Assembly: GCA_002269645.1 (NCBI GenBank)
Contig: NIVC01000557.1
Span: 1-64,000 of the forward strand
Reading direction: 5' to 3'
Source of the DNA: Macrostomum lignano
Lineage: Eukaryota
Length of the DNA: 64,000 bases
The stretch's first letter is position 1. The number at the start of each line of letters is the position of its first letter. Below the pieces are notes generated by a model, which did no database searches, was not told the origin of the DNA, and was given only the letters and a program-made list of their open reading frames with translations. Made by a program: the position numbers and the translations under genes. Of this stretch, positions 34,335 through 47,989 are shown one piece after another.

Positions 34335-34870
34335 TTTGTGAAATTTAGGTTTTGTGAAGTTTAGGTCTTGTGAACTTTAGGTCTTGTGAAGTTTAGGTCT
34401 CGTGAAGTTTAAGTCCTGTGAATTTTAGGTCTTATGAAGTTTGGGTCTTCTGAAGTTTACGTCTCGTGAAGTTTAAGTCCTGTGAAGTTTTAGGTCTTCT
34501 GAAGTTTAGGTCCTGTAAAGCTTAGGTCTTGTGGAGTCTAGGTCTTGTAAAGCTTAGGTCTGGTGAGGTTTAGGTTTTGTGAAGTTTAGGTCTTGTGAAG
34601 TTTAGGTCTTGTGAACTTTAGGTCTCGTGAAGTTTAAGTCCTGTGAATTTTAGGTCTTATGAAGTTTGGGTCTTCTGAAGTTTACGTCTCGTGAAGTTTA
34701 AGTCCTGTGAAGTTTTAGGTCTTCTGAAGTTTAGGTCCTGTAAAGCTTAGGTCTTGTGGAGTCTAGGTCTTGTAAAGCTTAGGTCTGGTGAGGTTTAGGT
34801 CTTGTGAAATCGGTGTCTTGAGAAATTTAGGTCCTGTGATGAAGTTTAGGTCTTGTGAAGTTTAGGTCGT
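34335..34870. repeat. 16-bp minisatellite (TTTAGGTCTTGTGAAG)n
   Basis: Direct reading; lies 3' of the Frizzled gene. Confidence 0.93.
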
Positions 34871-35338
34871 GCAAAAGAAAATGACGCGAGAATCTGTTTC
34901 CAATTTGAAATTATAAGCTGATTGAATCTGTGCATTTAAGGGAACTACTTCACTTGTTGTGTAACTCGAACAATGGATGAAATATTATATACAGATGAAA
35001 CAGCAAAGAAGCCAACGCATTTGACAAGACTATAGCAAAATAAAAACAAGAATAATTCGCCAAAAAGTTTTAAAAAATCAGCAATAAATTAATCAAGTCA
35101 GGACTCAAAGGCGGCATGCACAATCACTAAACTACAAAGCATGTTTTTGTGTTCTTAGTTTCAGAAAAAATGCCAATTTTGAACGAGTTTAATAACTGTA
35201 CAACGCGTTTCTTTCGAAAGATTACAAAAACAAACAAAGCAAAACAGTGTTTCTATAACAAAGAGTTAAAAAACAAATCATTTGATCATGTTGCTGACTC
35301 ATTTTGTGTTATATATTAAAATATTTTTGCATATGTGC

Positions 35339-35485
35339 TCAGATTTCTGAGGTACCAATTCCATATATCTGAGGGTATTTACTCTGGCCTGAGCCAAGTA
35401 GCAACAGCTGCTGCTGCTGGGGCTGCTGACTGCCACTGACGCCAGTGCGGACAGGTGTGGCCAGTTTCTGATGCATCGGGTGCAC

Positions 35486-35531
<46 letters not shown>

Positions 35532-37405
35532 GGGCTTTGTTTGCACCGGAACAGACGAGTCAACTTCTGCTGCCAGGCTCTGAAAGACTTCCGGTTGAGC
35601 CACACAAACAGGCCAGCTGGCAGACCGGGCGCCAGCGACATGAAAATCTTCAACGCGTAGATGGACGGCGACGGTTGAGCATCGAGTCGACAGCCGTCAG
35701 CGGATGTTAGCAGGCCGCTAGAGTTGACGCAGTGAGCTCGAACCAGCAGCTTGTCGACGCTGGCCTGCCACTGGCCCCGCTCCATGAACTCGTAGACGTT
35801 GGCCGCCAGGACGCACGCAGTCGGCAAGGCGAACAGCCCGGAGAAGATGCTGATCTTCGTCATCAACGTCTCCAGGCGTCTGAAGCTGGGATTACCGTTG
35901 AATTTCAGCCGATGTCGGACGGATACGCTCGAGCAGAGCGCGCTGATTAGAAACAGAAAGCCGCAGAGCAGGCTGACAGCCGCAGGTGCGATTGAGAAGA
36001 TCAACAGGTTAGTCCGGTCCGACGCGTCAACTACGCACAGGTGCGTGAGCTCGTCCGCCTCGATTCGATGCAGCACTAACAGTACAACGCTCAGGACCAG
36101 CGGAACGCCCCAAGCGAACACGTGAAGCCACACGGAACGCTGCGCCAAAGCTTCGTGGGCCCATTTTCTCGCTGCGCACAAGTACCAGCAGACGGTCATG
36201 AGGAGCCACCAGAGACAGCCGGCAGTGGCAGAGAAGTACAACAGCAGGAAGATGACGGCGCACCAGTGGCCGGCGTGACGGCTCACCCGGTACAGAGACG
36301 GCCCTAGGGCCGCGTCGGTGCCGGACGCGTCGAACCGGTTGCAGGCGACCTGCGGGCCCAGGCCGGCGCGGAGCAGGTGACCCAGCGAGAAGAGCCCGTA
36401 GCAGGCGGCAATCCACACTATGGGCCGTTCGGGGAACAGAAGCCTTTCGCTGTCCATAGCAAATGTGAGCACAGCTAGCGAGGTGCATGCGAAGCAGAGT
36501 ATAGCGGAGATGAGCATCCAAATTTCGGCGAAGGCTTTGTCTTTTTTAGTAAACATGAAGTCGGCGTTGCAGCGCTGGGCGCAGCTGGCGCCGCTGAGAT
36601 CGGCGCCCAGTCGAACTTCGGCCGGCGTGCACGGCCCGCGAGCCGATCCCGGTGCCTCCGACGTTGGCGACGCTTCGGTAGGCGGCGTACTCTCGGCCGC
36701 TTCAGCTGGCACGAAGTGTCGAGGAGGCTGCGGCAGTTCGTGCTCGTTCATGCCGCCGACTTTGTACGAGTCGCCGCCAGGCTTGCGCAGCTCCGTCAGC
36801 TGCTGCTCAAATTCCTTGGCGTTCGGTCGCAGGCACAGATTCTTCTTGCCGGACTCGGCACTCTGCTCCGGTGGCAGGCCCTCGCACGCCAGCCCGGCCG
36901 GCCACTCGTGTCCGAATCGCAGCAGCATCGGAGTGCAGAGGTCGCGAATTCGTTCGCAGAACTCGCGACACGGCCGAACTAGCAGAGACTCCTGGCACAT
37001 CGGCAGGTGCATCGAGCAGACGAACAGGCGCATGAATGGCGCGCACGGAGCTCTGATGAGATCTTTGTACTGCTTCAGCACGTAGCCAACATCTACTCCG
37101 GATTGCTTGGTGAATACCTCAGCCGTGGTGCTGTAGTAATTGTTCTTACAGGTGGGCACCTCGATTTGGGCCGGCACGCAGGTTTGAGCTGTGCCGTCAA
37201 AACCAGAAACTGCGGGAGCCGCCGCCGCAGCTGCCGCCGCAGCCGCCGCAGCCGCAGCAGCCGCAGCCTCCGCGTTTTCGTCCGGAGCATTAGGAGAAGA
37301 ATCAGTAGCGGTAATCGCGTCAGTTGATAGTGTCAACAACAGTAAGATTGCTAAGCAGTTTAGACATTGCCGCCTATTTGGTGGCGAAGGCGTTGCCAAC
37401 TTCAT
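35339..37405 (-). CDS. fzd4: Frizzled family Wnt receptor, most like FZD4; intronless, 688 aa
   Basis: Signal peptide, 10-Cys CRD (CVPAQ..CKNN..PCAPF..VCSMHLPMC..PCREFCERIRDLC..WPAGLAC..LCL), 7TM with PERPIV, KWAHEAL, EADELTHLC (ADELT is typical of FZD4), KSFRAW (KTxxxW variant), PDZ-type C-terminus TSEI. Subfamily is less certain than family. Confidence 0.95.
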
Positions 37406-37844
37406 TAAACAACTTTATCTCTTAAAAATTGCAACTCTCCTTCTAGATCTTGTAGCGTCTTGAAGCTTGATTCTGGTTTGGCGTAGATTTTATTTTCAAA
37501 CAAGTCCGACTTTTTAAAACCCCTCCTCACCCTCTCGTTTAAAGGGGGACGAGAGAGAGAGAGAGGAGAGCAGACCAACGGTGGTTGGCTCGGGTCGCTC
37601 TTTGACTTCTCGCTGGTGGGTGGCCGGGGTTGACGTGACTGAACACTTCTTGAGCCTGTGGCCAATAAGGCCTCATTGAAAAGAGTTTATAAAATTCTTC
37701 TTTCTTATCTATTTTTACACACCACACACACACACATGGACCGCTTGCTTTAATTTTGGTGGGCACTAAAAGAGGCTTTTAATTTTTTCTAAACCAAGCT
37801 TAACTAGTTTTGTATGTTTATTGTAATGTTGGCTTAATTGCTCC

Positions 37845-38865
37845 GATTTTGGCGCCCGTTTTGATATAGATTTTTGGCGCCTGTTTTGAAACAGATTTGG
37901 CGCCAGTTTCGACACAAATTTGGCGCCTGTTTTGACACAGATTTTGGCGCCTGTTTTGACACAGATTTTGGTGCCTGCTTTGACACAGATTTGGCGCCTG
38001 TTTTGACATATAGATTTTGGCGCCTTTTCTGATACAGATTTTGGCGCCTTTTCTGATATAGCTTTTGGCACCTGATTTGAAAAAGAATTTGGCGCCTGTT
38101 TTGACACAGATGTTGGCGTCTGCTTTGACATAGATTTTAGTGTCGTGGTGTTGGCGTCTGCTTTGACATAGATTTTAGTGTCAGTGTTGAAAAAGAATTT
38201 GGCGCCTGATTTGAAATTGAAAAATAATTTTGCGCCTGTTTAGACACAGCTTTGGCGCCTGTTGTGACATACAGACTTTGGCGCCTGTTTTGACACAGAT
38301 TTGGTGACTGTTTTGACACAGATTTTGGCGCCTGTTTTGACACAGATTTGGCCCCTGTTTTGACACAGATTTGGCGCGTGTTTTGACACAGATTTGGCGC
38401 GTGTTTTGACACAGATTTTGGCGCCTGCTTTGACACAGATTTGGCGCCTGTTTTGACATATAGATTTTGGCGCCTTTTCTGATATAGCTTTTGGCACCTG
38501 ATTTGAAAAAGAATTTGGCGCCTGTTTTGACACAGATGTTGGCGTCTGCTTTGACATAGATTTTAGTGTCAGTGTTGAAAAAGAATTTGGCGCCTGATTT
38601 GAAATTGAAAAATAATTTTGCGCCTGTTTTGACACAGCTTTGGCGCCTGTTGTGACATACAGACTTTGGCGCCTGTTTTGACACAGATTTGGCGCCTGCT
38701 TTGACAGATTTTGGCGCCTGTTTTGACACAGATTTGGCGCCTGTTTTGACACAGATTTTGGCGCCTGTTTTGACACAGATTTGGCGCCTGTTTTGACACA
38801 GATTTGGCGCCTGCTTTGACAGATTTTGGCGCCTGTTTTGACACAGATTTGGCGCCTGTTTTGAC
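37845..38865. repeat. 22-23-bp minisatellite (TTTTGACACAGATTTGGCGCCTG)n with ~430-bp higher-order repeat
   Basis: Direct reading; begins ~440 bp upstream of the Frizzled ATG. Confidence 0.93.
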
Positions 38866-39399
38866 TTTGCAACTACTTTAACAAAAAGCTTTTGATTCGA
38901 TTAAACAAAACTCTTGGCACTATGAACAATGACTTGACTACATGCATGTAATTTCTATGAAATCGGAAGTTTGTAGTTTGATCCGCTTATTATATTACCC
39001 GGTTATTGTGGCGCTGATGAAGAACGGCCAGAAAAAAGAGAGAGCCAAAACAGTTTCAAGCTTGGCTTGGCTTCTAGCCGCGACAGAAATGGCTTTAACC
39101 TCCTTTCATCCACGGAGGGGGAGAGAGAGAGAGAAGGGCATCAAACGAATTTAAGTAAAAAAAAGGTTATAAGAAGCCACTTTGACGCGCGACACTGGGC
39201 CATCTATCACGGTGTCAGGCCAAGGCGGAGGGCCGGGCCAAAGGTAAGAATGCCAATATATTACCCGACCCGGCCCTGCACAAGGAGATCTGAAGTCACG
39301 AGTGCTTCGGAGAACGTTCTTTGACGTAACGGGCAGGAATCAGCTGATACTTTCCTCTGTCTGTCTGACAATTTTTCTTTTGCTTTCTTTAAAGTCGTG

Positions 39400-39970
39400 T
39401 CTAATCTCACCTTTAGAGTTGTGTCTAATCTCACCTTTAGAGTCGACTCTAATCTCACCTTTAGAGTCGTGTCTAATCTCACCTTTAGAGTCGTATCTAA
39501 TCTCACCTTAGATTTGTGTCTAATCTCACCTTAAAGTCGTGTCTAATCTCACATTTAGATTCCTGCATGTCTAATCTCAATTTTAGAATCGTGTCTAATC
39601 TCACCTTTAGATTCGTATCTAATCTCAAATTTAGAGTCGTGTCTAATCTCACCTTTAGATTCGTATCTAATCTCAAATTTAGAGTCGTGTCTAATCTCAC
39701 CTTAGATTTGTGTCTAATCTCACCTTAAAGTCGCGTCTAATCACACATCTAGATTCCTGTCTAATCTCAATTTTAGAATCGTGTCTAATCTCACCTTTAG
39801 ATTCGTATCTAATCTCAAATTTAGAGTCGTGTCTAATCTCAAATTTAGAGTCATGTCTAATCTCACTTTTAGAGTCGTGGCTAACCTCACCTTTAGATTC
39901 ATGTTGGATCTCAAATGTAGAGCTTTGCCTAATCTCACCCTTAGAGTTGTGTCTAATCTCACCTTAGAGT
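39400..39970. repeat. ~24-bp minisatellite (GTGTCTAATCTCACCTTTAGAGTC)n
   Basis: Direct reading. Confidence 0.92.
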
Positions 39971-40147
39971 CGTGCCTTATCTGGTAGTTGCGAGTACTCT
40001 AGCGTCTGACAATTTCAAAGAGAAATTTTACTATCAGAAATGTCTGACACTCTAGCAGCTGAAACTTGCTAAATTGTCTGACACTTCATTCGTCGTACAT
40101 TTTTAACCGTAACTTTCCATTCTAGAGTGTCTGGATGTGTGCGCAAG

Positions 40148-40168
40148 CTCTCTCTCTCTCTCTCTCTC

Positions 40169-40200
<32 letters not shown>
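40148..40200. repeat. (CT)n microsatellite
   Basis: Direct reading. Confidence 0.95.
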
Positions 40201-40204
<4 letters not shown>

Positions 40205-40494
40205 AGCCTACCTAGCTTAAGCCTTCTATTCTAACTCCTGTTTCCACTTTGGACACATAGCGCCACACGACTCCAAAGCACCCTCTCGGGGGGGGGGTAA
40301 TAAAACTGAGAAAATTTACAACTTCTATTCTACAGCAAATCCTAACTTATGCGTTTTTAGCATAGCCAGAAACACACAGCAGTACCAACCTGTGTTTCGG
40401 TTCTTTTTTGCCTCATTTTTCAGGCTTGCTATCGGCAAATGCTTTTCTTGCAGGTCAGCGGAGTGCTGAAAGTAATCAGCTGGGTGCTTGATCA

Positions 40495-40930
40495 AGTGTC
40501 AGATGCTAATAGTAAGTATCAGATTCTAAAAGTAAGTGTCAGATGCTAATAGTAAGTGTCAGATGCTAATAGTAAGTGTCAGATGCTAATAGTAAGTATC
40601 AGATTCTAATAGTAAGTGTCAGATGCTAATAGTAAGTATCAGATTCTAATAGTAAGTGTCAGATGCTAATAGTAAGTATCAGATTCTAAAAGTAAGTGTC
40701 AGATGCTAATAGTAAGTATCAGATTCTAAAAGTAAGTGTCAGATGCTAATAGTAAGTGTCAGATGCTAATAGTAAGTGTCAGATGCTAATAGTAAGTGTC
40801 AGATGCTAATAGTAAGTATCAGATTCTAAAAGTAAGTGTCAGATGCTAATAGTAAGTGTCAGATGCTAATAGTAAGTGTCAGATGCTAGTAGTAAGTGTC
40901 AGATTCTACGAGTATATTCAACGTCAGATG
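40495..40930. repeat. 20-bp minisatellite (GTAAGTGTCAGATGCTAATA)~21
   Basis: Direct reading. Confidence 0.95.
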
Positions 40931-41489
40931 ATGGAGTAAGTGTCAGATGAGATGACATCACATTGATGCCACTATACCTCATCCAGCAGTTGTCCAGCCT
41001 CGCGCCGTATTGTTGGAATCCGCCGATATGAATGAAACGGACCCACAGAATCCCTTAAATAAATCCCATGAATCCTTGTCTCCCTTTTCTCTCGGCCTCC
41101 GCTTCAGGCTCCTTCTTTATCTGAGTTTCGATGTCAAAGTTCACAGTGCAATATAGATGATATCTGCATGCTAGGAACAAATTCAAACACCCCGTGTCCG
41201 GCGCAGAATCGTGCAGCTATAGTCCCTTGACTTGCCCTCCGGCACTGACCCCCCTCCCAAACCCCAGGGATTATTAACCACACGGGTGGAACCCTGCCCA
41301 AGTCTATGATGTGTAGTAAGCAGATGGTCTTCGGAGGGGGGTTCAGAAGCAATGGGGTCGTGTGGTCGGGATAACGATATGTGTATATATTTATATAATT
41401 AACTGATGTATGATTCACCTTCAATTGCTAAAAGAAAATGGAGAAAATGGAAATCTGGACTGCATTGTCAAGCCAATTGTCTAATCAAC

Positions 41490-42490
41490 CCGTAGATTCG
41501 TGTCTAAATCTTTCTATAGATTTGTGCCTAATCTTCCTATAGATTCGTATCTCATTTTTTATGGATTCGTGTCTAATAATTTTATGGATTCGTGTCTAAT
41601 AATTTTATGGATTCGTGTCTAATAATTTTATGGATTCGTGTCTAATCTTTCTATAGATTCGTGTCTAATCTTTCTATAGATTCGTGCCTAATCTTTCTAT
41701 AGATTCGTGCCTAATCTTTCTATAGATTCGTGCCTAATCTTTCTATAGATTCGTGCCTAATCTTTCTATAGATTCGTGCCTAATCTTTCTATAGATTCGT
41801 GCCTAATCTTTCTATAGATTCGTGCCTAATCTTTCTATAGATTCGTGCCTAATCTTTCTATAGATTCGTGCCTAATCTTTCTATAGATTCGTGCCTAATC
41901 TTTCTATAGATTCGTGCCTAATCTTTCTATAGATTCGTGTTTAATATCTCTTTTTTGTGTGTCTAATCTGTCTTGATATTCGTGTCTGATCTCTCCAGAT
42001 ATTCGTGTCTAATCTCTCCAGATATTCGTGTCTAATCTCTCCAGATATTCGAATCTAATCTCTCTCTCTCTATATTCGTATCTAATCTCTCTCGATCTAT
42101 ATTCGTGTCTAATCTCCCTCAATCTATATTCGTGTCTAATCTCCCTCAATCTATATTCGTATCTAATCTCTCTCGATCTATATTCGTGTCTAATCTCCCT
42201 CAATCTATATTCGTGTCTAATCTCCCTCAATCTATATTCGTGTCTAATCTCTCTCGATCTATATTCGTGTCTAATCTCTCTCGATCTATATTCGTGTCTA
42301 ATCTCTCTCGATCTGTATTCGTGTCTAATCTCTCTCGATCTGTATTCGTGTCTAATCTCTCCTCTGTCTTTTAATTTGTGTCTACTCTATCTCCAAAGTC
42401 GTGTAAAATCTTTATCTATTCTCATATCTAATCTCCCTCTCGATATTCATGTCTAATCTCTCACTAAGATTTACATCTAATCTCGCTTTA
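41490..42490. repeat. 23-27-bp minisatellite family with a TTCGTG(T/C)CTAATCT core
   Basis: Unit changes along the array (..TTCTATAGA, ..CTCCAGATA, ..CCCTCAATCTATA); same core as the 39.4-kb array. Confidence 0.92.
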
Positions 42491-42912
42491 GACCCGTGTC
42501 CAGTCTTACGGGGTTTCTCCAGGGATTTTAGCGAGATTACCTTATGCTGAGTGCCGTTAATACTAGGTAGACCAGAGTTGGCTAGAGACTTATTAATTAG
42601 CCAGAAGCCAAGCACACGTGAGGCAGTGAAGATAAATTTACCAGCACAGCCTCCATCCAACGCCGGTTCATTCCGCGATTGGGGATCTAATCTCAGGGGG
42701 GGATGCGCACAGCTTCCTAGCTTGCATGCAGGCAAGGGTTCAAGGGATTTATTGCTGTTTGTGCATGTTGTGGGCACCGAGGAAGCCTAGAACGAACCCA
42801 ATCCCCCATAGGGACGGGCAACTTTAGGCTAACTGCATTTCTTCAATTTGCACGCGAAATACAATACAATAATTGTTTCAGAAAAAATTGCACTTACTCC
42901 GGGGGGGGCAGG

Positions 42913-43520
42913 TTTGTGATATTTCGGGTTTGTGATGTTTCGGGTTTGTGATGTTTCGGGTTTGTGACATTTCGGGTTTGTGATATTTCGGGTTTGTGAT
43001 ATTTCGGGTTTGTGATATTTCGGGTTTATGATATTTCGGGTTTGTGATATTTCGGGTTTATGATATTTCGGGTTTGTGATATTTCAGACTTGTGATATTT
43101 CGGGTTTGTGATATTTCGGGTTTGTGATATTTCGGGTTTGTGATGTTTCGGGTTTGTGATATTTCGGGTTTGTGACATTTCGGGTTTGTGATATTTCGGG
43201 TTTGTGATATTTCGGGTTTGTGATATTTCGGGTTTGTGATATTTCGGGTTTATGATATTTCGGGTTTGTGATATTTCGGGTTTGTGATATTTCGGGTTTA
43301 TGATATTTCGGGTTTATGATATTTCGGGTTTGTGATATTTCGGGTTTGTGATATTTCGGGTTTATGATATTTCGGGTTTATGATATTTCGGGTTTGTGAT
43401 ATTTCGGGTTTATGATATTTCGGGTTTATGATATTTCGGGTTTGTGATATTTCGGGTTTATGATATTTCGGGTTTGTGATATTTCGGGTTTATGATATTT
43501 CGGGTTTGTGATATTTCGGG
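42913..43520. repeat. 16-bp minisatellite (TTTCGGGTTTGTGATA)~38
   Basis: Direct reading. Confidence 0.96.
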
Positions 43521-43554
43521 TTGAAGCTTTGCAATGCGCTCCTAGGAATCAAGT

Positions 43555-43920
43555 TTGTGTCTCTTCTCTGTTCTCTTCTCTCCCCTCTCTCATCTCTCCT
43601 CTCGCCACTATCGTCTCTTCTCTTCTCTCCTCTCCCTTCTCTTATCTCTCCTTTCCTCTTCTCTCCTTTCTCGCAATTCTCCTCTCTCCATTCTCGTCTC
43701 TTTTCTCCTCTTCTTCCCTTCTCTTATCTCTCCCTCTCCTCTTCTCTCCCTTCTCTCATCTCTTCTCTCTTCTACTCTCGTCTCTTTTCTCCTCTCGTCT
43801 CCCCTCTCTCCACTCCCGTCTCTCCTCTTCACTCTTCTCCTCTCCTTTGCATTCTCTCCTCTCCTTTCTTTTCTCTTCTCTTCTATTTCCTCTTTTATTC
43901 CCTCTCCTCTCTCCCCTCGT
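43555..43920. repeat. CT-rich polypyrimidine low-complexity tract
   Basis: Direct reading; source of the L/S/P-rich ORFs. Confidence 0.9.
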
Positions 43921-44519
43921 GAAACTTACAGTCATGCGCTATAGATTCTCTATCTGTGGCCCTCTAGGTAAAAAAAATTATCGACTTGGAACAATATCAG
44001 GTCAGCCTACTGTTGTCTGAAACTTGATTTCGTGTTTCAGCGCTTGAGGCCGGGGGCGGAGGGGGTTGAGAGGGGGGGGGTTGAGGGAAGAGAGCGGTCA
44101 AGCGGGGCATAAAATTCTGGGGTTTTATTGCCACTTTCAACTGAAAGGGTCGCAGCAGAATTAGGAGATACGGTATAATAGAGGAGCCGCTGTATTACTG
44201 CATACTGGTAAGAAAAATTGGGTGTTGGATATTTCTTTGGGCAGTCAACAAAAGGATTTATTTGTATATTTTCTCTTACAAGAAATCCGGCTTTAGGGGC
44301 GTTTGGCACGGATTGGGTTCAAAATGATGATTCAATGGTCTGAATTTAATAGCTTGATTAAATTTGCTAGCGGTGTGCGCGTCCTTCTGAACACTTTCGC
44401 GGCATTAACAATAAAGAATGGTGACCATTAAATTGTTGATAGATCAATGAAAGAATATTTTATAACAGGGTAAATCAACACTGAGAATTCTCAATTGATA
44501 GGGGAATAAAGAGAGAAGT

Positions 44520-46010
44520 AATCTAGAGGAAAGGGAATCTAGAGGAAGAGAAGGAATCTAGAGAGAGGAATCTAGAGAGAGGAATCTAGAGAAAGGAAAC
44601 TAGAGAGAAGGAATCTAGAGAGAGGAATCTAGAGAGAGGAATCTAGAGAAAGGAAACTAGAGACAAGGAATCTAGAGAGTGGAATTTAGAGAGAGGAGTC
44701 TAGAGAAAAGGAATCTAGAGAGAGGAATCTAGAGAGAGGAATCTAGAGAGAGGAATCTAGAGAGAGGAATCTAGAGAGAGGAATCTAGGGAGAGGAATCT
44801 AGGGAGTAGAAATCTAGGGAGAGGAATCTAGGGAGTAGAAATCTAGGGAAAGGAATCTAGAGAGAGGAATCTAGAGAGAGGAATCTAGAGAGAGGAACCT
44901 AGAGAGAGGAATCTAGAGAGAGGAATCCAGAGAAGGAATCTAGAGAGAGGAATCTAGAGAGAGGAATCTAGGGAGTAGAAATCTAGGGAGAGGAATCTAG
45001 AGAGAGGAATCTAGAGAGAGGAATCTAGAGAGAGGATCTAGAGAGAGGAATCTAGAGAAAAGGAATCTAGAGAGAGGAATCCAGAGAAGGAATCTAGAGA
45101 GAGGAATCCAGAGAAAGGAATCTAGAGAGAGGAATCTAGAGAGAGGAATCTAGAGAGAGGAATCTAGAGAGAGGAATCTAGAGAGAGGAATCTAGAGAGA
45201 GGAATCTAGAGAGAGGAATCTAGAGAGAGGAATCTAGAGAGAGGAATCTAGAGAGAGGAATCTAGAGAGAGGAATCTAGAGAGAGGAATCTAGAGAGAGG
45301 AATCTAGAGAGTGGAATCTAGAGAGAGGAATCTAGAGAGAGGAATCTAGAGAGAGGAATCTAGAGAGAGGAATCTAGAGAGAGGAATCTAGAGAGAGGAT
45401 CTAGAGAGAGGAATCTAGAGAGAGGAATCTAGAGAAAAGGAATCTAGAGAGAGGAATCTAGAGAGAGGATCTAGAGAGAGGAATCTAGAGAGAGGAATCT
45501 AGAGAGAGGAATCTAGAGAGAGGAATCTAGAGAGAGGAATCTAGAGAGAGGAATCTAGAGAGAGGAATCTAGAGAGAGGAATCTAGGGAAAGGAAACTAG
45601 AGACAAGGAATCTAGAGAGAGGAATTTAGAGAGAGGAGTCTAGAGAAAAGGAATCTAGAGAGAGGAATTTAGAGAGAGGATCTAGAGAGAGGAATCTAGA
45701 GAGAGGAATCTAGAGAGAGGAACCTAGAGAGAGGAATCTAGGGAAATGGAATCTAGAGAGAGGAATCTAGAAAAAAGGAATCTAGAGAGAGGATCTAGAG
45801 AGAGGAATCTAGAGAGAGGAATCTAGAGAGAGGAATCTAGAGAGAGGAATCTAGAGAGAGGAATCTAGAGAGAGGAATCTAGAGAGAGGAATCTAGAGAG
45901 AGGAATCTAGAGAGAGGAATCTAGAGAGAGGAATCTAGAGAGAGGAATCTAGAGAGAGGAATCTAGAGAGAGGAATCTAGAGAGAGGAATCTAGGGAGAA
46001 CAAATCTAGA
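44520..46010. repeat. 14-bp minisatellite (TAGAGAGAGGAATC)n, ~1.5 kb
   Basis: Direct reading. Confidence 0.96.
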
Positions 46011-46549
46011 GCGACACGGTGAAGACATCTAGAGCCATCTAGACGAATTCAGAATCAGACAGTGGCTTGAATTCGCAAGTTTATGTGGTTGCTTTTGCGC
46101 TGCTGAAGATATTTGATGGTTAAACATAAAGATTCTTGCAAAGTCTGCGGAACCGCCGAGTTCATAAAGGATGAAATTTTCGCATAAAAATCTCTCAATC
46201 GCAGCGGATTGAAATTGTAAAATGCTTGCAGACCCTCCGTCATCATGGGTTCATGGCAGGGTATTTGGCGGGCCTCTTTCATCTTGCTGCAATACGCAGG
46301 CCCTAAAAGTTCGAATGATCAGAGTGATCCGAACTTGAAGCTTCTTGATTCAAAATGTTTTCAGTTGTTGCCAAAAAAGCATGCATTGACTGGGACCATT
46401 GTTTGGGGAGTTTTTATGACAAGATATGAAATATAGTATGGTGAAGCTGCGGAGATGAAGTGATGTTAATCTACAGCACCCCACCTCTAGTTCAACAGTT
46501 GTTACGGATGACAAGGAGATCCAGGAAAGAAGCCTTTGGAGTGTCAGTG

Positions 46550-47450
46550 GTCAGTAGTCACTGGTCACTGGTCACTGGGTCGCTAATCACTGGTCACTGG
46601 GGTCACTGATCACTGATCACTGGTCACTGGGTCGCTGGTCACTGGTCACTGGGTCAGGGGTCACTGAGTCACTGGTCACTGGGTAACTGGTCACTGGGTC
46701 ACTGGTCACTGAGTCATTGGTCACTGGGTCACTGGTCACTGGGTCACTGGTCACTGGGTCACTGGTCACTGGGTCACCAGTCACTGGGTCACTGGTCACA
46801 GGGTCACTGGTCACTGGTTACTGGGTCATTGGTCACTGGGTCACTGGTGACTGGGTCACCAGTCACTACTGGTCACTGGTCACTGGGTCACTGGGTCACT
46901 GGTCACTGGGTCACCAGTCACTGGGTCACTGGTCACAGGGTCACTGGTCACTGGTTACTGGGTCATTGGTCACTGGGTCACTGGTGACTGGGTCACCAGT
47001 CACTACTGGTCACTGGTCACAGGGTCACTGGTCACTGGTCACTGGGTCATTGGTCACTGGGTCACTGGTGACTGGGTCACTGGTGACTGGGTCATCAGTC
47101 ACTACTGGTCACTGGTCACTGGGTCACTGGGTCACTGGTCACTTGGTCACTGGTCACTGGGTCACTGGGTCACTAGATATCTAGGCCACTGGGTAACTGG
47201 TCACTGGTCACTGGTCACAGGGTCACTGGGTCACCAGTCACTACTGGTCACTGGGTCACCAGTCACTACTGGTCACTGGTCACTGGGTCACTGGTGACTG
47301 GGTCACTGGTCACTGGGTCAGGGGTCACTGAGTCACTGGTCACTGAGTCACTGGTCACTGGGTCACTGGGTCACTAGATAACTAGGCCACTGGGTAACTG
47401 GTCACTGGTCACTGGTCACTGGGTCACTGGGTCACAGGTCACAGGGTCAC
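46550..47450. repeat. 7-8-bp repeat (GGTCACT / GGGTCACT)n
   Basis: Direct reading. Confidence 0.95.
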
Positions 47451-47989
47451 CGGGGGCAGGCCACAGTGATCTAATACTGCTAGTGACTATCGACTTGATT
47501 TGAAGAGTCATGTGCAAAAGCCACGCTCACATTCGTGTGTCAAAAACTTGCTTTTAATGCGTCAACACTCCATATTTTGCATCTCAGAAGTCTTTGAATC
47601 TTCTAGGCCAACTAGAGGTCACTTCCGCAGAAGCTTTGGATAACAAACTCTAGCCAAAGCCCCCCCCCTGTTGTCAAATATTTTTACGATCTCGACTATG
47701 GTTCGAAGCCTGGCTATATTGAATTTTCAGTTTCCAAGGAAAAGTCCCCCCTTGGTCAAGAAAAGCAGCATTTGTGACTGGTTTTACGATTTCAACTACA
47801 AAGCCAGGAAGCCGAAAGCGCGCCTCTGTGGTTCTTATATAGAGGGCCAATTTATATTTTGTCTGAAGAGTTTCCTTCCATTTTTCCTATCCTCTGGGCT
47901 TGCTGGAGGAAAATATCAATTATTTTAGTGCTGCTTTAGTTCGAATAGTTAGCTTTGATGCCTTCCGTGTGAGATACGGGCAGGGCAGA

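Noticed and set aside
41134-42790. Short ORFs in unique islands between arrays (also 44037-44309, 46055-46282, 49953-50363)
   Set aside because: No domains recognised, stops nearby in frame; may be exon or transposon remnants but unsupported.
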